DNA from: Bigelowiella natans CCMP2755
Taxonomy: Eukaryota; Protista; Cercozoa
Direction: 5' to 3'
Length of the DNA stretch: 41,267 bases
Assembly: GCA_000320545.1 (NCBI GenBank)
Contig: ADNK01003441.1
Span: 1-41,267, forward strand
The position numbers and the translations under genes were made by a program. This document shows positions 34,587-41,267 of this stretch, in pieces (position 1 is the first letter of the stretch; each line of letters starts with the position of its first letter). Under the pieces are notes generated by a model. That model was not told the origin of the DNA. It worked only from the letters and a program-made list of their open reading frames with translations, and searched no databases.

Positions 34587-37361
34587 ATGATGGAACCCGA
34601 AGCACACATGGAAGAGGAAAAGGCCACCAACAACCCGTATCTCATGGATGACGACTTTGCGAAGGATGGATGTGCACCCAAATGTGCGGTGTTCGGGGTT
34701 GTCAGTGGAAACCATGGCCCGGTCTCCTCGCAAGGGGCGAATCTCTGCTACTTTGTACGTGAAAGGGGGGTGGATAAGGGTGCTTGGATCACACTTCCTT
34801 CGAATTTTTCACGTCTACATGATGTGTTCAGATGATATTTTTTATTTGAAAGTGGGTGTTCGGTTGTTCATCCATTCCATTTGTCATTGTCATCTCATCC
34901 GGCTAACACAGCGCTCTCTCAATATAGGGACTCCATGCTCAGCAGCACCGTGGGCAGGAATCTGCCGGGATCTTGAGCATGGAAAGACATGACGCTGTGT
35001 CAGCTGCAGCAACGAAGAAGCGCAAGCGTGACGAGATGATGAAACCGGTCTAACCAAAGAAAAGTCCACAAAATAACTTGCTCTTCGGTTTCTGATGTGC
35101 TATAATTTACAGGGAAATAAGGATCTCGGACGTGGCTGGCATTCTCATCCGAACTTGACCGCACTTCACCCTCGCAAGAATGTAGGGAATATGCACCCGA
35201 CCTTACGATAGTGCTCAACTATAAACATCGAGTTGCAATGAAATGTACTCTGCTGTGCCTCCTGGTGCCCCCACCCCCCCTTCATATCATAGACCCTTGC
35301 AAAGAATAAACCCATTAAAGCAAAGGCATATCTTCATAAGGTTGGCATTGTGAGAACTTGGTAATAGTCGTTCGCGCTTTATCTGATTTCCTCTCGTCCA
35401 TCCCCACTGCCACAACAAACGGTATCCAGGACTTTGGCCTTGTGACCGACATATTCACCAAGGAAATTCTTGGCGCCCTGAAAGGAGGATGCAGCATCGG
35501 CCACACCCGCTATTCGACTTCTGGAAGCGATAAGACGACGCACAACATCCAGCCTTTCCTGGTTAAGTACAAGGACGGTCACATCGGCCTCGCCCATAAT
35601 GGCGACATTTCAAACTTCTCCAAGATACAGGAGCAGTTCGTCAAGGTGCTATCAACTTAAATTCTTTTTTGTCTTCTGAAAAAATAATGATGGTATGATG
35701 GGCCTTGGTTGTGATGCCAATGTTCATAGTGGTGGTGGTGGTGGTATAACGTCCGTCATTTTCTTTACTCATCAGCAAGGGACCCTGTTCCACTCCACAT
35801 CCGACTCTGAGCTCATTCTTCACCTCATCTCGAGATCGAGAAAGAAGACACAGCCAGAACAGGTCATCGAGGCACTCGGCATGCTGGAGGGGGCGTTTAG
35901 TATCCTTCTGGTCACGGAGAACTACTTCTTCGCCGGGAGAGACCCCAATGGCTTCCGACCTCTGCACATGGGCGTCATCGAGAAGTCAAAGGCTGATGCG
36001 AAGGAAGATGTGCGTTGTGTTGCGGTGTAACTTATTTTTCCAATCTGCCACCTACTACATACCATACTACCTGTGAATGATATGTCGTCACGGTGGGGCT
36101 GTTTCAGAAACACTTGAAAATTTATTCACCTATTTTGTCTCTCCTCCTCTTCCACTTGCTTCCATTAGCCATCCGGGGCCCAGCCCATGTTCTGCTTTGC
36201 TTCTGAGACGTGCGCCTTCGACCTGGTGGGGGCAAAGCTCATTCGCGAGGTGGAACCTGGAGAGCTCATCTGCATCGATCTCAACAACGTGAAGAAAGCT
36301 TCCGAGTTCAAATCTTACCGTCTGCCTCGCAAGTACGGCATCACTCCTTGCATCTTCGAGTTTGTGTACTTTGCACGCGCCGACTCCTCGATCTTCGGTG
36401 CCTCGGTGGATAGCGTGCGCTACCGCTGTGGACAGCAGCTTGCAAGGTGATGATCAATGATCTTTTTTATTATTTTAAGGGTGGGGGGTGGGGGGGGATG
36501 CATATTCGGTGACATAAAGACGCCCTTTTTACCGACTGACTGATCGAGATATAACACCTCGTCGATGTGGGGATCTTTCCTGAAATAACCATGCCTGGAT
36601 GTAAAATCGCCACAGAGTGGCTTCAGCTCTGACTTGTTGATTTCCTGGATGTTGGTGACTGACTGATACTAGGGAGTCACCTGTTCCCAAGGGCGATAAA
36701 GTTGTTGTCATTCCCGTACCAACTTCCGCAAACGCTGCTGCGCTCGGGTAGAGAATCAATTGTTCATCTTCGTAGTCGTCGTTGTCACTATCATAAACGC
36801 CATCGTCGCTCCCCCCCCCCCCCTCGTATCAGATACGCTCGAGAGTGTCAAAAGCTGGGATACAAATGCGAATATGACCTGGGGCTCGTCCGCAACAACT
36901 ACGTCGGACGCACCTTCATCACCCCTGGGCAGGTGGACCGCGCGCTCAAAGTGCGGCGGAAATTCGGCGTCTCCAAGCGCGTTGTGAAGGACGCGATCGT
37001 GGTCATTGTAGACGACTCCATCGTCAGAGGGACAACGTCCACGCGGCTCGTTAGCCTTATCCGCGAGTACGGAGCGAAGGAAGTGCACTTCCGCAGCGCC
37101 TCCCCGCCGGTGAAACACCCCTGCTTCTTTGGGATGGACTTTCCGAATCCTAAGGAGCTTATCGCCAACCGCGTGGAAGACATCAAGGGCATCACGAAGA
37201 AGATTGGAGTAGACGGCCTGGCCTACCTCACTTGGGAGGGACTCAAGGATGCGGTGATGGACTGTAATCCCTCCTCCAAGACGTGGTGTGGCGCTTGTTT
37301 TACTGGAAACTACCCAGTCCCCATCCCTCAGGGAAAGACAAAAGGCGATACTGAGTGGTAG
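34587..37361 (+). CDS. purF: Amidophosphoribosyltransferase (glutamine PRPP amidotransferase), Fe-S/propeptide type
   Basis: Spliced motifs: CAVFGV, GLHAQQHRGQESAGI, SIGHTRYSTSG, AHNGD, TSDSELI, RDPNGFRPL, ASETCAFD, CIFEFVYFARADS, RNNYVGRTFI, VIVDDSIVRGTTS (PRPP loop), HPCFFGMDFP and CGACFTGNYP. Stop TAG at 37359-37361. Confidence 0.97.
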
Positions 37362-38073
37362 GTGCCCCTTTCGGACGTACATTTATCACCAATTACTGTC
37401 ACGAATGAATATCTCCCCTTTATGTGCTTGAGCCATCAATTTTTCTGTGAAGATGGCATGATGCACATCGCAGCGACAAAAAGAATATTTGCGTAGGTGT
37501 GTGCTTTGAAAAACAAATCATGATCCATCATTATTATATCTACCAGTATATGTTCGTTCACTCTGGTGATTACGTCTTCTCATTGCATTGCATCTTCTTG
37601 TAACAAGCGTATACCAATGATCTACACGCATGTGATCGAGCAGTTGCATTATGCTGTGGCTATGGGGTTCGCATTGCAATGTGATCTCTAGATCAAGCTT
37701 GTGTGTGCATGACCGCGATGGAATGGAGAATTGTGCACTGGCTGCGTCTAGGCGACGAGCGTGCACAGCAATGCAATAGCAAACTAAACATGACTTGCGC
37801 GATGTGTTACGTGCTACAATCGCATTCATGATGTACAGCGTTTTGTAAAGCTGCATAAGGATGCCTTTTGAAACGATTATTTTAATCACTTCATTACTTA
37901 CCGTCTCATTCATGATTTCCTCACACATTGATTGGGCATGCATGCTGGCTAGCATGCATCGCATGTGGTGCCATGCAGCTAGCCAGCTAGCCAGTGAGAG
38001 CCATTCTAGCATTGCATGATGATCGAGTAGCATGTTACACGTTGCGTGCAATGAAAAATTGCACGTGCCACAC

Positions 38074-38106
38074 ATTGCCACGTGCGTGGCAATTGACACA
38101 ATCTAG
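38074..38106 (+). mobile_element. Helitron-like 3' terminal signature (hairpin followed by CTAG)
   Basis: A perfect 9-bp stem ATTGCCACG-TG-CGTGGCAAT (38074-38093) is followed 9 nt later by CTAG (38103-38106). The flanking base is A, not the T expected at a Helitron insertion site. Confidence 0.3.
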
Positions 38107-38126
38107 ACAATGACTGCCGACAGTTC

Positions 38127-38336
38127 TCACGCAGCACACGCTCGCTCACGCGATTGCGAGCTTGAGCTGCTCTCCAGTTGTCTCGCTCTGGAGTTCTCCT
38201 TCAAATTATGTTGCGAAATTCCCTTTCGTACGGTAGCCTTAGGCGTTTTGGTCTTTATTGCTCTCTTCAGCAGGACAATACGCTCCTCACTAGCACGACA
38301 ACTTGCGATTATTCTCCCTTGCATGGCGGCCGCCAT
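38127..38336 (-). CDS. Possible small basic protein or first exons of a gene divergent from the cold-shock gene
   Basis: The 69-aa ATG ORF MAAAMQGRIIASCRASEERIVLLKRAIKTKTPKAT.. sits where the local divergent-pair pattern predicts a gene. No family recognised. Confidence 0.25.
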   Translation of the reverse strand: MAAAMQGRIIASCRASEERIVLLKRAIKTKTPKATVRKGISQHNLKENSRARQLESSSSSQSRERACAA

Positions 38337-38486
38337 TCTAGCATTGACAAAGCTGCTGGGTGCACAGTGGCATCATCGTTGTCGCTGATCTTCATAGGAC
38401 AAAAAAGCGGGGGAAATACAACCGCGACAAGGAAAAATCGATTTTTATTTGATTTCTTCAGAAGGGAGAAGACAGCCAAGAACACA

Positions 38487-39624
38487 ATGGCCTCCATCCT
38501 GCTCTGTGCGGCTGTCCTCGTCCTCGTCCCCCCCCTGCGCTCGTCAAGGGTTGACCCTGTTTCTGCACGTGCCGCAAGTGAGTCGTATATTAACAGATCA
38601 ACACAGTTTCGCACCACGCACGTGTAATTGCTAATTCGTTCCTACACAAAGCAGGGGCAAGATTGAAGGCGATGCCCTACTCACCGACGAGACGATGGAA
38701 AAACACTCATCGTTATAGTGGCCACAAGGCTGCTATAAATGACCGTTTTTTATCAGAAGGATTTTTATACCCAAGATGGAATCCTCGTTTGAGTATTAGA
38801 GCTGCAGGGAGCTCTGAACAGCTTGGAAACGGTATTGACGGATATGGCAACGAGGGCACCGCCAGGAGCGCCTTCAATGACTCCACGACTCATGGTCGCT
38901 AACAGTGAGACAACTGCCATCATTATTTCACGAACCTGCGCAACATTAATAACGAAGCGCGGGAACTAGATTTTGCCGAGTTTAAGGCCAAATCCCCCCC
39001 CCCCCCTTACCCTTTATCTTTTTATTTTTTTTCAGCTGGACCTAAGAGGGCCGTGGTGAAATGGTACGATCCTGCTAAGAACTTTGGTTTTGTTATGCTC
39101 GAAGACACGTTGAGGTTACCCTTACATACGGGAATAGGTATTCTCACTCCTTAACCTTCGCTGCCGCAAGGCTTTCCAAATGGGACGGGGGGGGGGGGGG
39201 GGCTTTTTCATGAGCATCGTTGCTGTCGTGCGGATACATTATTGTATTTTTAGCTTCTTCCTACCATCTCATTAACTTCATCATCATCATCACCACCACT
39301 ACCCACGGTTTTGAGCGGAATCATGACATCCCATCTTCTCCATGCAGCGACGCCTTCTTCCACGTATGCCACTGTGACGAGAGCGTTGCAAAATCTTCTC
39401 TAGCGCGCGGTCTCCGAGTAACTGTCACTGTCAAGTGGTGGGTATAAATGAGCTGTTTATGCTGGATTGGCTGCATTGCTTGCTGCATGCATTTTTTTAG
39501 GGTGAATCAATGTCGTATATATTCTCTGATTATCCGCATCATCATCATTATCATCCTACTATGCTTGAGATGCGACCGAGGGGGTGCACCTGTACTTCCG
39601 CACATAGATCCAGATATAATATAG

Positions 39625-39667
<43 letters not shown>

Positions 39668-39919
39668 TAATATATGTGTGTATATATATTTTCCGCGCGG
39701 AGTTCTGCTCATTTACTAGATGTTTTCTGCCTCGACTATCAGGAACGTTACGAAGCACAAATACACCGTTAGTCGCCTATGGCAGCAGCCCAACAACGCC
39801 GAGGGAGATGTCCGTCCGTGTGAAGGGGAAGAGAGGGAGGATTACTATCAACCTTCAAGAACCATCGATAGGGTATGAAGGCGATTTTGCAGTTATTTCT
39901 CACCATTTGGTTTGAATCA

Positions 39920-39958
<39 letters not shown>

Positions 39959-40360
39959 TGCACGATTCCGCCGTCGTTCGTTTGTCACCAGGCACTCGAG
40001 GTCAACCGGATGTCAAGAATCTCTCGCGATCTCGAAAGCCTCCACTCCGTGCTCGGCAACCCCCGAGAGCAGCCCGACAAGTGGACCAGAGCCGCCCAGC
40101 AAGTGCTAGCAATGGGGAATGCGTAAGTCTCGACTCGGGCTCTAATGAGAACGCCGACAGCGACGGCGCTAATTGTTTTCTCTTTTTTCTGTTTCCGTTT
40201 TTTGTTTTTGGGTTGGTTTTTGAACTCGATGGTCTCCAAATAATGCGTGGTGCATCTCCGTGGCTTGGATTCGGCAGATATGGATTTGACACCGTGCTTA
40301 TCAGAGGTGCGTCTTCGATTTCCTTCTCTCATAGAGCAAGAGCGCAAAGCGATGGCGCAC

Positions 40361-40403
<43 letters not shown>

Positions 40404-40963
40404 GCGGATGGGGGGGAGGAGAAGAGGTGTTTCTCTGCTCGCCATTTTCTATCCTTCGTTTTATTTTTTTCTCTCCTCATCCGCCCCCCCCCCACACCTA
40501 ACTCAGGTTCAGTTTGGAAGGCAGTGTTCGTAATGCTCAAGGTAATAATTCGGCAAATTGTGAAATGCTTTTACATCTTTTTACAAAGGCAGCAGCAGCC
40601 ATATATGACAGTTTGCATGTTTACATGGAACTGGCAGTCTCCATGCACAGTCCCTTATCATCATCATCATCATCAACGATAAATGAGATAGAATCACATT
40701 CTGCGTAGCTCTTGAGGAACCCTGCCATCTCCGCCGAGATCCTCCAGAGATTAGTCGGAGTGTTGAAGGAAATCGAGAATTGCAGATGGTCTTTCTCTCC
40801 CCGTCAGAGGAGGATCCTCCACAGGGTACAAATCCCTCGTAGTGTTTCATGATTCGGTGTTGAAATAGTGCGGGTGTTGTGAGATAGTGTTAGAGATGTA
40901 CCTTTGCGCCCATGCATATACCGAATTCATCTATAGATTAATACATTAATCATTTATATGTAA

Positions 40964-41028
<65 letters not shown>

Positions 41029-41267
41029 CATATTATTTACATTCTTATGCGACTGTCAAAGCACTACAGCGCCAGATGAATTTACAAATGACGATAACAA
41101 CAGAGCTTCTCGTTGGCGGGGGACACCGCCAGGGCGAGAGGATGGGGAGGCGGAGAGGAGGAGAAGGGAGAAGATGGAGGAGAGCACAACAGCAGCAATG
41201 GCAAGAGGTCCCCTTTATTCCAACTGGAAAAGGCATCGAAGGTGCTCGCCAGCCGAACAAGTAAGAC
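38487..41267 (+). CDS. Cold-shock-domain protein with a signal + transit-like leader and a helical C-terminal region; 3' partial
   Basis: The leader MASILLCAAVLVLVPPLRSSRVDPVSARA is followed by an R-rich exon. Exons 39036-39114 and 39348-39434 give GPKRAVVKWYDPAKNFGFVMLEDTLSDAFFHVCHCDESVAKSSLARGLRVTVTVK, containing RNP1 (KNFGFV) and RNP2 (AFFH). Further in-frame exons continue to a GT donor near 41261. Confidence 0.8.

Noticed and set aside
9785-37361. Possible purine/riboflavin metabolic gene cluster (RIB7-like and purF)
   Set aside because: The genes are more than 22 kb apart with many unrelated genes between them, and there is no evidence of clustering.
36756-37382. 208-aa ORF on the - strand
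   Set aside because: Antisense shadow of the GC3-rich last purF exon.
37518-38099. 193-aa ORF on the - strand
   Set aside because: It lies in a palindrome-rich spacer. Its His/Met/Cys/Ala bias reflects CATG/TGCA words.
1-41267. CRISPR arrays, rRNA, tRNA, transposase or reverse-transcriptase ORFs
   Set aside because: No regularly spaced repeats, RNA gene signatures or mobile-element protein motifs were seen.

Overview
This is eukaryotic nuclear DNA that is dense in introns and microsatellites. I found no rRNA, tRNA, CRISPR array or autonomous transposon. Manual GT-AG splicing gives about 17 genes or gene candidates. Clearly recognisable ones are an ArfGAP (3306-4803 +), a stand-alone RibD_C/Rib7-type pyrimidine reductase (9785-12157 -), a TVP38/TMEM64 (DedA/VTT) membrane protein (13409-17206 +), a PH-domain protein (21440-23192 -), an EF-hand membrane protein (26722-30624 +), an ankyrin + transmembrane + unknown-domain protein (31449-33910 -), amidophosphoribosyltransferase purF (34587-37361 +) and a cold-shock-domain protein (38487 to beyond 41267 +). 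Three genes begin with a signal peptide followed by an Arg/Ser-rich extension, which suggests an alga with a secondary plastid, possibly a chlorarachniophyte (inference). The most interesting signals are: a secreted protein that looks like a KP-43/TagC-type subtilase prodomain with no catalytic domain; the ankyrin protein's C-terminal domain carrying CHNxLR and DKxGxWYHxFG motifs; a near-regular alternation of short divergent spacers and long palindrome-rich convergent spacers; and dispersed repeats, including a Helitron-like 3' hairpin, inside those spacers. All exon models were read by eye without database searches, so boundaries are approximate.
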